DNA of 64,000 bases from Octopus bimaculoides (Eukaryota). Under the pieces are notes generated by a model that saw only the letters and a list, made by a program, of their open reading frames with translations, had not been told where the DNA came from and searched no databases. Positions 27,185 through 40,909 of this stretch are shown here, in pieces (position 1 is the first letter of the stretch; each line of letters starts with the position of its first letter). The DNA is taken from contig NC_068989.1 of NCBI RefSeq assembly GCF_001194135.2, positions 80,735,423-80,799,422 of the forward strand, written 5' to 3'. Position numbers and translations under genes: made by a program.

Positions 27185-27739
27185 CTAATAGCCAGATTGC
27201 TTCAGAAGAAGAATTGGACAGTGTTATCAATCTATTGTCTGGTAGTGTGAACCTGTCCCAGCAACCAACAATGCATGTACCAAACCAACTACAGCTGTCT
27301 CCTTTACATCAATCTTCCACTACGGGAACGAGTAACTCTATGTTTAGCTCTTTGGTCAGCTCCCCTGATATGGACGATCCACAAAAATTTTACAAAGGCA
27401 ACAACGCCCATCGGCGTTCTGAGGGCTCTTTGGATTTATCTGGAATGGCAAGTTTAGTAGGTGGCAGTAACAATGGTTGTATAGGTGGTGGTGGTAGTGG
27501 TGGTGGTGGTGGTAGTAGTAGTAGTGGTGGTGGTGGTGGTAATGGTGGTGGTGGTGGTGGTGTCAGAAGTGGTGGACGAAATACTTGGCCACACCCTGGT
27601 TACCACCATCGCTCAAGTTTGCCAGCTGGCCCGTTGGGCTCCCAAAATCTTCTGAACTATGAGCAACGTGAGGATTATTCTCGGATGCTTCATTCAAACA
27701 ATTCTTTGGATCAACGTAACCACATAAATGATGTTTACC
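27185..27739 (+). CDS. GARRE1: GARRE1-like coding exon 3 (3' end lost in assembly gap)
   Basis: Acceptor tctatcttttgtag|CT (phase 1, compatible with exon 2). Encodes IASEEELDSVINLLSG (recalled human PTDQEMQEVIDFLSG), a poly-Gly tract and RNTWP (human RNNTWP). N gap begins at 27740. Confidence 0.85.
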
Positions 27740-29214
27740 NNNNNNNNNNNNNNNNNNNNNNNNNNNNNNNNNNNNNNNNNNNNNNNNNNNNNNNNNNNNN
27801 NNNNNNNNNNNNNNNNNNNNNNNNNNNNNNNNNNNNNNNNNNNNNNNNNNNNNNNNNNNNNNNNNNNNNNNNNNNNNNNNNNNNNNNNNNNNNNNNNNNN
27901 NNNNNNNNNNNNNNNNNNNNNNNNNNNNNNNNNNNNNNNNNNNNNNNNNNNNNNNNNNNNNNNNNNNNNNNNNNNNNNNNNNNNNNNNNNNNNNNNNNNN
28001 NNNNNNNNNNNNNNNNNNNNNNNNNNNNNNNNNNNTTCTTTATTTCTTTATTTATTTATTTATTTTTCTGCTCATATAAACTGTTGAATGTGCAATATTT
28101 ACTTACTTGCATGAAAGATGGACTACAACTAAAATAAGAAAGCATCAGTTAATCTTAAGCTGTTTAGCCCCAGGTTGGTCTTGATCATCAACCCAACCAT
28201 TGTCAAACATGTTCTGGCCATGAGTATCTTTTTTTTTTGTTTTTTTATTGCATTTTGTTTTTCAGACAACTTATTTATCTAGGACTACATTATGCAATGT
28301 ATACTTTCATTAAAAAGAATTTTTTTTTTTTTCTTGTTAACATAGTAAGATGTGATTTAAAAGAAGATTTGGTTGTTATATCCAGCAACATGTACATTAG
28401 GAAATTTTGGAGTACATGTATGCTGAGAAAAATAAGGTATTTTTAATGTCTGATTCATGCAGCTTAATTTAAAATAAAAGGTTTGGCCCTTTTGTTACCA
28501 TATTCCTGTGGAAAGATGTTACAGTTACTGCGGTTAATTTTGAAAACAATTGAGAATTTAGTTAGATAACTTTGTTGTTATCAAACAAGTATTTAAAGCA
28601 TAAATCAACATAGAATTTTTATGGAAAGCATTAATTTTGATCGCTTTGAAACAGGGGTTGATCTGAGGTGGGTTGGTCATATTGGCTTTTAAAACCGTTG
28701 TCAGTAGGTAGACGCAAATTAGAATGCAGGTGAAATTTTACCAGTAGGCAAAGAATTACTCATCTTTGAAACAAAAGTTCTTTCATTGGTTCATAGGTAT
28801 TAAGTATTTTGGAGATGCTGGGTTGCTGACTGTTGTGGATCTGTAATATATACAATTGAGCACTGCCAGTTAAGAAAGTATTTGCTGATAACAAGCAGTA
28901 CTAATGACATGGGCAGACTGAGGAAGTCACAAGAAGAAATTGTAGTTTCTAATCTATCTGTGTGGAAGCTTACAGATGACATAGGCACAATGAGGAGTGT
29001 TGATATGTCAAATTGCTTTGCCAATTAGCTCTTGGTCAGCCTGGTACGACACTAACACCAGAGAGGTAGTCGTGTTTTCAGCGTGACTGAAGGAACTTCA
29101 CGACTCTAGTCTCTACTTGCTCATTGGCTTTTTTATCAGAAGAGCAGCAACAATAAATGATGTTGCCTCTGTGTGTGTGTGTGTGTNNNNNNNNNNNNNN
29201 NNNNNNNNNNNNNN

Positions 29215-29251
<37 letters not shown>

Positions 29252-30696
29252 AAATAATGTTCATGTACTGGAAAAATATATCCATGAAATTCAAAGAAAT
29301 ATTCCTGATGAAATGAAATCATCACATTCAACTAATTTATGTATTAATTTTATTGTTGATGATATTTTCACCTTAAGTCATGGAAACAGCTGTAGAGCGA
29401 AACAAATGAAATGTTTTGAAATATCATGGGAATCTTTTGTTTTCCATTCTTACGCATACATGCATATCATGTTATAATTTGAAAAGTTACCATATAACAA
29501 GTCTCAGTTAAATAATTTTAACAATTACTTTCAAGTACAAACTAACCTATGAAGTCACTTTGCCATGTAAAATCCAGATCATATATTCTGTTTGCAATGG
29601 GAGTGAATATACAATCTATTTTCAGATCATTTTAAGAGTTTCTTCACACTATTTTGTTGTGCTTAGTCCAAGACTCTGCCAGATCATTCCAGGCAACGGT
29701 TCTCAAACTGTAAAATACCAAGTCCCTTCCTTACCTATATTAATGGAATTTGTTGCACCTCATTCCCCTCCATCCCTGCCGCTTTTATTTGTGAGAAAAC
29801 ATAATGGAATTTGCCTCTGAGTAATTCTTCTTTCTTTGCCATGGTGTTGGGAAAGAATTTAAGTTTGAAATAATTCAAGTTTAAAATAAAACCACTCTTA
29901 ATTAATTGTGACAGATAGTCAGTGCCCTGCCTCCTCCCTTTCCATTCCTCACAACCCCACTCCCACCTCCCACATGGCAAATAATGATTCAAGAGACTTT
30001 AATACTTAGAAAGTTCCTTTATTAAGCAATTGTTAACTACTAGAGAGCAGTTTTGTTGCTAAGCAAGCAAATGCTGTTGCTATTCTAGCAAATATTGTTG
30101 CAAAGCAAAAGAATGTTTTTTTGTTGTTGCTAAGCAAGGAATTATTATTGTTGCTAAGCTAATGAATGTTTTTTGTTTTATGTCTCTTTTTTGCTTTTTG
30201 TTTTTTCTTCCTGTCACTAAGCTAGGAATCATTGTGGTAAATGTCGTTGTTGTTGTTGTTGTTTGTGAAACTCAAAAAGAAAAAAATATCTAATTCCTTA
30301 TGCGCTGTGGCAGTTTTATTGATGCCTCCCATGTTGGTTTATTGAATGATGCACACAAAAGAACTTGTCTCATTAACAATAAGTGTTGCTGTTATTACTA
30401 TCTGTTCTTTAAGATTTGCATGTTATTAAGTGCAGTGTTTTACATCTACAACAATATATATGGATTAATAGTTGAGATATGGATACGCAGGGGATAAATG
30501 GTGATATTTGGATGAACAAAACTAATATATATAAAATCCAAATTTTGGGTCATCCCTGGAAGACTTCACTATATGCACCTCCCTGTAAATTGGATGTTTG
30601 GCCTCTGCTCCCTCCCTGTCACATCTTTACCATCTTTCTTTCTTCTTTCTCCATCTGAGATAGCCATGTTTATCTTCTAATGCAAGGTACCTTTTC

Positions 30697-30937
30697 TTAT
30701 TTCTTTCTTGCCCACACGGGGCTAAACATGGAGGGGACAAACAAGGATAGACAACGGGATTAAGTTGATTACATCGAACCCAGTGCGTAACTGGTACTTA
30801 TTTAATCGACCCCGAAAGGATGAAAGGCTAAGTCGACCTCGGCGGAATTTGAACTCAGAACGTAGCGGCAGACGAAATACCGCTAAGCATTTCGTCCGGC
30901 ATGCTAACGATTCTGCCAACTTGCCGCCTTCTGGTAC
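30697..30937 (-). mobile_element. tRNA-derived SINE (family B) with 16-bp TSD
   Basis: B box gagttcaaattcc on the minus strand. Central gactt(a/t)gcctttcatcctttcggggtcgat. TSD tgcaaggtaccttttc at 30681-30696 and 30938-30953. Confidence 0.85.
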
Positions 30938-31420
30938 TGCAAGGTACCTTTTCCGTCTCACGGTATTACTCACTCCACCAAGGTGAAGGGTCTTGTCCTG
31001 CAAGTTACTTGGTGGCCTCACTGATGCTGGTGCTGTAAAGAGCACCCAGTACACTCTGTAAAGTGGTTGGCAGTAGTAAGGGCTGGAAGAAATGTGTCTA
31101 AGAAACCATACCAAAACACACAGCAGAGCTTGATGAAGTCTTTTGACTTGCTAGCTTTTGTCAAACTCCTGTCCATGCCCAGCATGGAAAATAGACATTT
31201 AAATGATGATGATGATGATGAGATAGGCTTAAAACAAAAAATAAGAAATCATACGAGTCTCTGGAAGCAATGTCAAAATTGAAATAAGGAAGCAATAAAC
31301 TTGCTAATTTTGGCTCTAGGTCTGCAGTTTTGAGGGGGCGGTCAATTACATTGACCCCATTTGCCTAACTAACTGACTCTGAAAGAATGAAAGACATTGC
31401 AGACCTTGGTGGAATTTTAA

Positions 31421-31631
31421 CCCTTTTCTTACAGTATTTATTTTGAGATGCTCTGTGTTTCTTTCAATTGCTTTAAATATAACAAAGAATTTAGTAAAAT
31501 AATTCAGCTAGTTTTAGTTTTTAATTATCATTCAGCTAGGTTTGGTGGAAGATTTTTATTCAAAACTTATGAAAACAAGGCATTTGTACTCAGAGCCAGA
31601 ACCGGTTTCAGCCGGGTTGGAAACGAAAGGG
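31421..31631. mobile_element. piggyBac-like MITE, second family (related copies ~60656-60831 and ~60855-61049)
   Basis: ttaa|cccttt ... aaaggg|ttaa. Internal sequence is shared with the two adjacent copies at 60.6-61.0 kb. Confidence 0.65.
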
Positions 31632-31689
31632 TTAAACGTCTAGCTTAAAGAGCTAGAAGAAATGTGTCTAAGAATTTTGTCCCATGTGC

Positions 31690-31727
<38 letters not shown>

Positions 31728-33413
31728 TGTTAATTCAGTTGATATTTTCAATGTAGGAAAGACCAACTAAAAATATTGTTTCAAATTTTGGCACAAGGCC
31801 AGCAATTTCATTGAAGGGTTAAGTCAATAACATCAATCCCAGTACATTACTGGTACTTTTTCTAATGTCCCCCCACCCCACCCCACCCAGAATGAAAGGC
31901 AAGGTCAAGTTCAGCAGAATTTGAACTCAGAACATAAAGATGGAAGAAATGGTGTCCTGCATTTTGCCCAGTGTGCCACCGATTTTGCTAGTTCACCACC
32001 AACTAAAAATATTAACCTGTAACTCGTACACCTGTTTTGAATTTTTATTTTTTCCAACAATTGGTCATGCTCTTCTTTCCTTCCCCTTTGTATTGTGCAC
32101 AGTTTTATTGACAAAAATTGCATCTTCAGTAGCTGGATATATATTTATACATTTTACTTTGCTTTATTTACACAGTTATAAGATACATATGTGTGTGTGT
32201 GTGTGAGCATGTGTGTGCCCAGAGAGACAGACAGACAGACATTCCAATAAACTATATGTTGATCAATGTTGTTGCTTAGTCAGCGTGTTAATAAATACAT
32301 TCAACTCCCACACTTTGTGTTGAGTGCTATTTTCTTTCCTTTGTGCATCAACACACACACACGTCTTTTTTATTAATATTCAGCAGAATCTGCTGAGTGA
32401 CTCAAGTACCAACACTGAAAACTCTTGGCCCTTCTTGAGTTATTCTCTAAATTCTGCTAATAATTAATAAAAAAAAAAAAAGGAAATGTAGTACCTTATG
32501 TTTTGAGTTCTGTTTTCCAGTTTGCATTATCAAACAGACATACACATGTGTGTGTGTTATTTCTTTAATACCCACAAGGGGGCTACACACAGAGGGGACA
32601 AACAAGGACAGACAAACGGATTAAGTCGATTATATCGACCCCAGTGCGTAACTGGTACTTATTTGATTGACCCCGAAAGGATGAAAGGCAAAGTCGACCT
32701 CGGCGGAATTTGAACTCAGAACGTAGCGGCAGACGAAATACCGCTAAGTATTTCTGCCAGCTCGCCGCCACACGTGTGTGTATGTATGTGTGGTGTTAAG
32801 GACATTCAACTTTAAAAACCATGCCAAAGCAGACAGTGGAGCTTGGTGCAGTCCTGTGGTTTACCAGCTCTTATCAAACCATAACTGTCTAGCCAATGCC
32901 AGCATAGAAGACAGACATTAAACGATGATGATGATAATACACATGTATGTACATATATATATCTGTGAATGTGTGTGTATGTATGTATGTAATGTATGTA
33001 TATAGCAGCAGCAGCTGTGTTGTTGGGATAGTCACTTCCCAACCATGTGGTTTCAGGAGCTGTTCCACTGCTGAGCACCTTGGGCAAGAGTCTTCAACTA
33101 TAGCCCCAGTCAAACCAAACCCTTTGGTAGCCAGATAGTGAAATGTGTGCATATAAAACATTCTATACATATATCAATACATACATACATACGTGTGTGT
33201 GTGTTTGTTTACATCTGCGCTCACTTATACAAAAGTGCAGCAGATGGTGGTTTTGTCATCTTGTCCTGTTAACAAATATTCTGAATAGCTTGTGCCATCA
33301 AAGCCTTGTAAAAATAAATAGGGAAGGAATTGCATCCAGCTGTAAAACAGTGTTTCAAATAACACAGCCAAACCATACAAATAGGGAATATAGACAAAAA
33401 AGATTAACAAATA

Positions 33414-33468
<55 letters not shown>

Positions 33469-34692
33469 NNNNNNNNNNNNNNNNNNNNNNNNNNNNNNNN
33501 NNNNNNNNNNNNNNNNNNNNNNNNNNNNNNNNNNNNNNNNNNNNNNNNNNNNNNNNNNNNNNNNNNNNNNNNNNNNNNNNNNNNNNNNNNNNNNNNNNNN
33601 NNNNNNNNNNNNNNNNNNNNNNNNNNNNNNNNNNNNNNNNNNNNNNNNNNNNNNNNNNNNNNNNNNNNNNNNNNNNNNNNNNNNNNNNNNNNNNNNNNNN
33701 NNNNNNNNNNNNNNNNNNNNNNNNNNNNNNNNNNNNNNNNNNNNNNNNNNNNNNNNNNNNNNNNNNNNNNNNNNNNNNNNNNNNNNNNNNNNNNNNNNNN
33801 NNNNNNNNNNNNNNNNNNNNNNNNNNNNNNNNNNNNNNNNNNNNNNNNNNNNNNNNNNNNNNNNNNNNNNNNNNNNNNNNNNNNNNNNNNNNNNNNNNNN
33901 NNNNNNNNNNNNNNNNNNNNNNNNNNNNNNNNNNNNNNNNNNNNNNNNNNNNNNNNNNNNNNNNNNNNNNNNNNNNNNNNNNNNNNNNNNNNNNNNNNNN
34001 NNNNNNNNNNNNNNNNNNNNNNNNNNNNNNNNNNNNNNNNNNNNNNNNNNNNNNNNNNNNNNNNNNNNNNNNNNNNNNNNNNNNNNNNNNNNNNNNNNNN
34101 NNNNNNNNNNNNNNNNNNNNNNNNNNNNNNNNNNNNNNNNNNNNNTATGTATATACATATATATATACACACACACAAACATATATCATCATCATCATAC
34201 GTCTGTTTTCCATACTGGCATGGTTGGACGGTTTGACAGGAGCTGGCAAGCCAAAGTGCTGCACCAGGCTCCATTTGTCAATTTTGGCGTGGTTTCTATA
34301 GTTGGATGCCCTTCCTAACACCAACCACTTTATAGAGTGTACTGGGTGCTTTTATATATGGCACCAGTGCTTTGTACATGGCACCAGTGCAGATGCTCTA
34401 TACATGACACCAGCATACATACATATATATATTCTTTTACTTGTTTCAGTCATTCGACTGTGCTCATGCTGGAGCACCGCCTTTAGTCGAACAAATCAAC
34501 TCCAGGACTTATTCTTTGTAAGCTTAGTACGTATTCTGTTGGTCTCTTTTGCCATACTGCTAAGTTATGGGGACGTAATCACACCAGCATCGGTTGTCAA
34601 GCAATGTTGGTGGGGGGTCAAACACACACACACATATATACTCAGAACTATGTGGTTGGTAAGCAAGCTACTTACCACAGCCACTCATGCGC

Positions 34693-34754
<62 letters not shown>

Positions 34755-35013
34755 CATACATATACACAACAGACTTTCTGTTTCTGTCTACCAAATCCAC
34801 TCACATGGCTTTGGTTGGCTTGGGGCTAGAGCTGAAGATGCTTAAAGTACCATGCAGTGGGAGCACAGACATGGAGGTGTGGTAAGAAGTTTACACATGT
34901 TTTTCGGGTTCAATCCCTCTGCATGGCACCTTGGGCCAACCAGAAGCTTACGAGCTGATTCGGTTGACGGAAACTGAAAGAAGCCTGTGATGTGTGTGTG
35001 TGTGTACACATGC

Positions 35014-35046
<33 letters not shown>

Positions 35047-37122
35047 CACTTACATGTGTATAGATATGTGTGTATGTATAAATATATATCCACACACACA
35101 TATATATTGTACTCAGGACATTGAGTAGTCCTTCGTTCCAGTTTGTGAATACATACATTCTTGTTCTGTTTAAATTTCATGTGACGGTACAAGTTATGAA
35201 ATTTGAATTTGCTGGTTATAATTTGCTACTCTACTTTTAACGTCAACTACTCTCGTTCCCCTTTCTGCTCAATATGGTTGTCCTTGCTTTCAAATGTGTG
35301 CGTGTGTGTGATATTAGTATTCCTAAACACATATTTAGTAAAAACTAATAACTGGTTCACTTATGGTATACCAATCCTGGTATTGCTTACTCACACATAC
35401 ACCTTTTGATTTACAAAAGGCAAAAAAAAGGACATTGTCTATTGCTAGGTTTTGTTTTTGATTTTGATTTTTGTTTTCGGCAACAATGATTAGAATTTAA
35501 AGCTAATTTCTGCTAGTGACCATCTTACATACTAAAATCACTGAGATCCTTCTGTAATGAAATCATAAGTTTGTTTACCTGCACCCAATTAATACTGTTC
35601 CATTGTAAATAATCCTTTAGAGCCAGTTCCAAGCTTTCATTTTGATCAAAATTATTTGAAGTTTCTCAAGAACTATTGACAACTGTTCCTATTCCTGTGT
35701 GAGAGGCTTAATTTTTCACCTGGTGTTTAACAATACTACCTGGCTTTTAGGTGCCTTTAGCAGACTTCAATCTGTTGCAAGCATTCAAGACAGGTCTCTG
35801 ATTTAAGGATAAGTCCCTTCTATCACAAAATAAGACAACTGGGCACAGCTGTTTGGACACTAGAGATTTGGCACAACTGATTGGACATTGGTCATGTTTT
35901 GGCGAGAGTAGTTTTTGGCACTGGAGGGCACACACACACACACACACATGCAGAAATATACACATACAGACAGAGGAGAAAGGGACATTACAATTTATTT
36001 ATTGAACATGATTGACATCAACACATTCCCTCGCCTGATCAACATCTTCATTTATCATCTCCTTTCCATACTGGTGTGGGTTGGACAGTGTGATAGGAGA
36101 TGGAAACCAGATGACTGCACCAGGCTCCATTGTCTGCTTTGGAAGTTTCTACAGCTAGATGCCCTTCCTAACACCAACCATTTTACAGGGTGCATTAAGT
36201 GCTTTTTATGTGGCACCAGCATCTGTGGCGTCACCAATTAACTAGCAAGACAAAGACAGTTCAATAGGGGAGTGGTTTTGTGCCAGTTGGAAGGCTAAAG
36301 TTCCCATACACATAAGAAATAGGCTCAAACAGAGAGACTGGGATAGGACAAGAGAAATGTTAAAACGTCTGTCAAATAATTCAGCATCAATTCAACAATA
36401 CCAAATAGGCAGGGCCAAAATGACTATCAAAATATCTCATACATTCTCAAGGCCCATATCAAAGAAGGTCAGAGATGCTTCTCCCCTCCCCCACTAATTA
36501 AGGTTCATTTATTTAATATCTGCTTTCTATACTGGCATGAGTTTGAATGAGAAATTATTTGAGGCAGGATTTTATGAGTGTCTCCCTGTCACTTGGCCTT
36601 ATCAGTTTTTCAAGTAATTTGTTGGGTTTTTTTTCTTTTTGCATTTTTTTTCAAATGCCAGTTGTCTTCAAATGCACAAATCGACTGGTCATAAAGAATA
36701 CCAAAATCTCTACCACTTCTCTGCTCAACCAATATCAAGCATGGATTATCAGCACTTAGTCATGCAGACGCACACACACACACACACACACATACATACA
36801 TGCATTTGTATACTCATAACATGCTCCCTGCAGTTTCCATCTACCAAATCCAGTCACAAGGCATTTGGTCATCCTGGAGCTATAGCAGACGAAACACACT
36901 TGCCCAAGGTACCATGTAGTGATACCCAACCTGAAACCATGTGGTTGTAAAGCTAAATTCTTAAACTCTCGGTTATACGCATTAAAAGACAATCAGATGA
37001 TCATCAGACAAATACTTAGGGGTACTTGGTTACATCTCTTTACATGCAAATCCCAACCAAAATGATAAAACAAGAACCTAATGTAATCAGCTATAAGCTA
37101 AAAGACACTATCCCAGAATACC

Positions 37123-37153
<31 letters not shown>

Positions 37154-37156
<3 letters not shown>

Positions 37157-37287
37157 CTTTAGCATGCTTAGGTGCATGATGTCACCATACGATTTTTCTC
37201 TCCTATAACTGCAGGCACATTGTGTCACATTGAGAGGGGAGAAAACTGGCATGGCAACATGATGCGTCTACAGCATGCTAAAGGTTA
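37154..37287. mobile_element. Small palindromic MITE-like element
   Basis: cctttagcatgcttaggtgcatgatg ... catgatgcgtctacagcatgctaaagg|ttaa. Confidence 0.5.
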
Positions 37288-37520
37288 ACAGAAGACTAAA
37301 ATATATACCTCCACATTCTTTGCTGAAATTTGTTTATAAAAGTGGATAGTTTTCTTTTTAGTGTTATTTGTAATTAATAACTTAGAAGCCAATTAACTGC
37401 CTCACTAACTAGAATTAACCTGTAACGATATGCAAATTTCTAATACCTAACCTCCTAAAACAATTATAGATGCTAACAAAGTAGTGGTTTATTATTAATA
37501 TTAACCATGTTCAAATCTCT

Positions 37521-37569
<49 letters not shown>

Positions 37570-37835
37570 CTTTGAATAAAAAAAAATACAAAGTTTCTAT
37601 TGACTTTAAATTTAAAATCACTTCTCATTCTACCCTGACTTGTGTGAACCATATGTTCATTCACCATAACAGTCTGCTTTAATAAAAAAAAAAAAAAAGA
37701 AAATTCTAAAGAATCAGCCACTTTTCTTTTCCTTCTTTTCTCCTTTATTTTCTTTTTTTCCACGTGGGTTTTACGGTAATGATTGATTGCTTGATAAACT
37801 TGATTTTATGGTGCTGTATTATTTCTCTGTTCTAG

Positions 37836-37958
37836 GTCAGATACAATGAACAGCAGCTGGTCTGGTGTCCAAGACTCCAGTGATTTTAGTGATGATTCAT
37901 CAAGTGGGGAGCAGTTCTTTGCTGTTGGTCTTCACCTGGTTAATGCCATTGATTCTAA
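37836..37958 (+). CDS. GARRE1: GARRE1-like coding exon 4
   Basis: Not in the ORF track. Acceptor tttctctgttctag|G, with an alternative cag| giving a start at 37841. Reads SDTMNSSWSGVQDSSDFSDDSSSGEQFFAVGLHLVNAIDS(K), versus recalled human GGWSGAQGDSASSSDETSSANGDSLFSMFSGPDLVAAV. Donor AA|gtacgg, phase 2. Confidence 0.8.
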
Positions 37959-38123
37959 GTACGGCCATTCTTACTAACCTTACTAACTTCTTTTTTTTTT
38001 CTTTTTTCTCTTTTTTCCAAAGCTATTTCAGCCTCCTCTCTCTTTCTCTTTCTCTCTCTCTGTAATGAAATAAGTATTATTAATACATTTGGGTCTGTTC
38101 AACTGACAATACTTCTCTCCTGC

Positions 38124-38156
<33 letters not shown>

Positions 38157-38735
38157 CCTTTCTACTGGAAGCACAAGGCCTCAAATTTGGGGGAAGAGAT
38201 TAAGTCAATTGCATCAACCTCAATGCATAACTGGTACTAATTTTATCAATCAACCCCAAAAGGATGAAAGGCAAAGTTGACCTCAGCTGAATTTGAACAC
38301 AGAATGTAACGGCAGAAGAAATACTGCTAAGCATTTCGCCTGGCGTGCTAACGATTCTGCCAGCTCACCACCTTGATCATAATAATAATGATAATAATAA
38401 TAATAATAGTAGTAGTAGTAAGAATAATGGTTGTGTGGTTAAGAAGCTTACTTTGCAACCATGTAGTTTTGGGTTCTGTCCCACTGTGCAGCACCTTGGG
38501 CAAGAGTTTTCAACTATAGCCCCAGGCCAGCAAATGCCCTATGAATGAATTTGGTTGATGAAAACTGTGTGGCAGCCCAGTACATCTTTTACTTGTTTCA
38601 GTCATTAAACTGCAGCCATCCTGGGGCAACACCTTGAGGGGTTTAGTCAAACAAATTGACCCTGGTACATTTTTTTTCTCAATCTGTTCTCTCTTAGTTA
38701 TGGGGACATAAACAAACTATCAAGCAGTGATGAGG

Positions 38736-38775
<40 letters not shown>

Positions 38776-40909
38776 ATAGGCTTCTACACAGTTTCCATCT
38801 ACCAAATTTACTCACAAGGCATTGGTCAACCTGGAACCATAGCAGAAAACATGAGCACATACTTTTGTATTGCAACGCAATGGAGTAGAGTTTTCATCCA
38901 CAGGTACTTGAAAACACTGTAAATCTATAATTCTGAAACATGTGGATAATAGCCTGCATTATTTGGTGGCGGCAGGGGTTTGGTACTGTTGTCTAGCCCT
39001 GTATTAGTCCTGATTGAACAGACTTATTGCCAAATGCATATCAACCATAACCATTCTGCCATATTCTTATATGCAGAAAACTTAACACTGTATTATCAAA
39101 TGAGTATTTTTCTAAGAAAGTAGTGGTAACTCTAGGAAGATTTGACTGCCATTTCTAAACGGTTTAGTGGTGACATAGAGGTTCCTTCCCACATTGTTAA
39201 GCTTATTGCTGGTGTTAGTCATATCGGTGTTGTGTTTGTTGTTGTATAACTGCTGTTGATTTTAACTGAACAATGTTCTAGCCTAAAGTAATTGCTGAGA
39301 AATCATTAGTCATTATTAAAATATATACCTGTAGACAGATATCAGCTCAGCAGAATGATAGTCATTTGCAAGAGGTGACTTATGAATGTTGCATTAATTA
39401 TTCTAATTAGAGTCTGATATGTTCATCTGTTAATCCAATATGTTTCTCTATGCTTGTTTGGCTTCAAAGGGGAGATATTTATGGCAGGATTTTTATATTC
39501 AGATACTTTTATTGTTGCCAACCATTATCAGTTTTTCAAGTCAGGGAATGACTTTTTTTTTATTCCAGTAGTATTTTAAAGAAGAAAGCAAATGGCTGAT
39601 TTGTTGACAAAAAATGTCAGCAAGTATCACCATTTGGAGTCTGTAGACATACCTCAGTGTAGATTGAAAACGTTCATACTGATACACATGTGCACACATG
39701 CATGTGTGCATGTACGCACACAAACAAAACAAAACTGACTTCTTTCAGTTTCTGTCTATCAAATTATTTTACAAGACCTTCATCAAATCAAAGCTACAGT
39801 AAAATACACTTGTCCAAGACGCTATGCAATGGGAATGAACCCGAAACACCATGGTTGAGAAGTGAACTTCTTAACCTCATGGCCATGCCTGCACCTGTAC
39901 ATATACTGAGATTCTGCTTGCTACAGAAATGGACATTATAAATAACAGTCTCAGACATTGATTCTCAGATTTGCAGGCTTGACTCTACTGATGTATTTAT
40001 AAGATATCATAGCACCAAAACAAACTCTAGTAATGCATCTTTGTTGGTTGTAACAACAGTTTGTTTGTTTGTTTGTTCAACATGTCATCTTTTTTTTTTT
40101 TTTTTTTTTTTGTGCTGACGTAACAGTTTTGATGGGGGCAGAAGGTCGTCAACAGTTTTATCAAATTCAGTACTTAGTACTTTATTTGTCAGCTCCTAAA
40201 ATATGAAAGACAAAGCCTATCTCAACAAAATTTGAGCTCAGAATGTAAGTGACTTGGAAGAAATATCCCAATGATAATAATTTCCTCAAAAAAATTCTCA
40301 AATTAATAACTCAATTACTAATCAGTAAGTTATGGAGGTTGGAGGGAAAAATTATTCACATTTCTATCCCCAGAAAGATCTCATTTGTATGTTCCTGTTT
40401 CAGTCTCATGAAAAATTCTTAATCATGCTTTAATTAATTCCGGTGGAAAGAGCTTTGTTGGCCTCCATAGTATGAAACATCAATAGTGGAAATATTTAGG
40501 CTAATTAGACTGCTGTAATCCATGATATGTTCAATTAGTACAGTTCTGACAATGTAGCTTATTGTTAAGTTAAAATGAATATTCATCGTCAAGCTAATAC
40601 TTTGTGTTTTCTTTTCTTCAGCACAAGTATTTTTAATTTGAATTTTTATTCTCACTACATTAGATATGAAGGTTCTAAATTTGACTGTTGTTTTTTTTTT
40701 CTTGCAAATCGCATCTTTAAGTAACCTCTCTTTGTCATTATGATAATGTTTGACACCTAATTGTACATATTATTGTATATCATTAGAGTGTTCTGTTATC
40801 ACTAATTTGGCAAATACAAGGAAGACTATGCTTTGTGGAGGATGTCTAATGGGACTGAAACATGCCTAGTGTTGTCACTATTATTTTTCAAGAATCTCAT
40901 TAATATATA

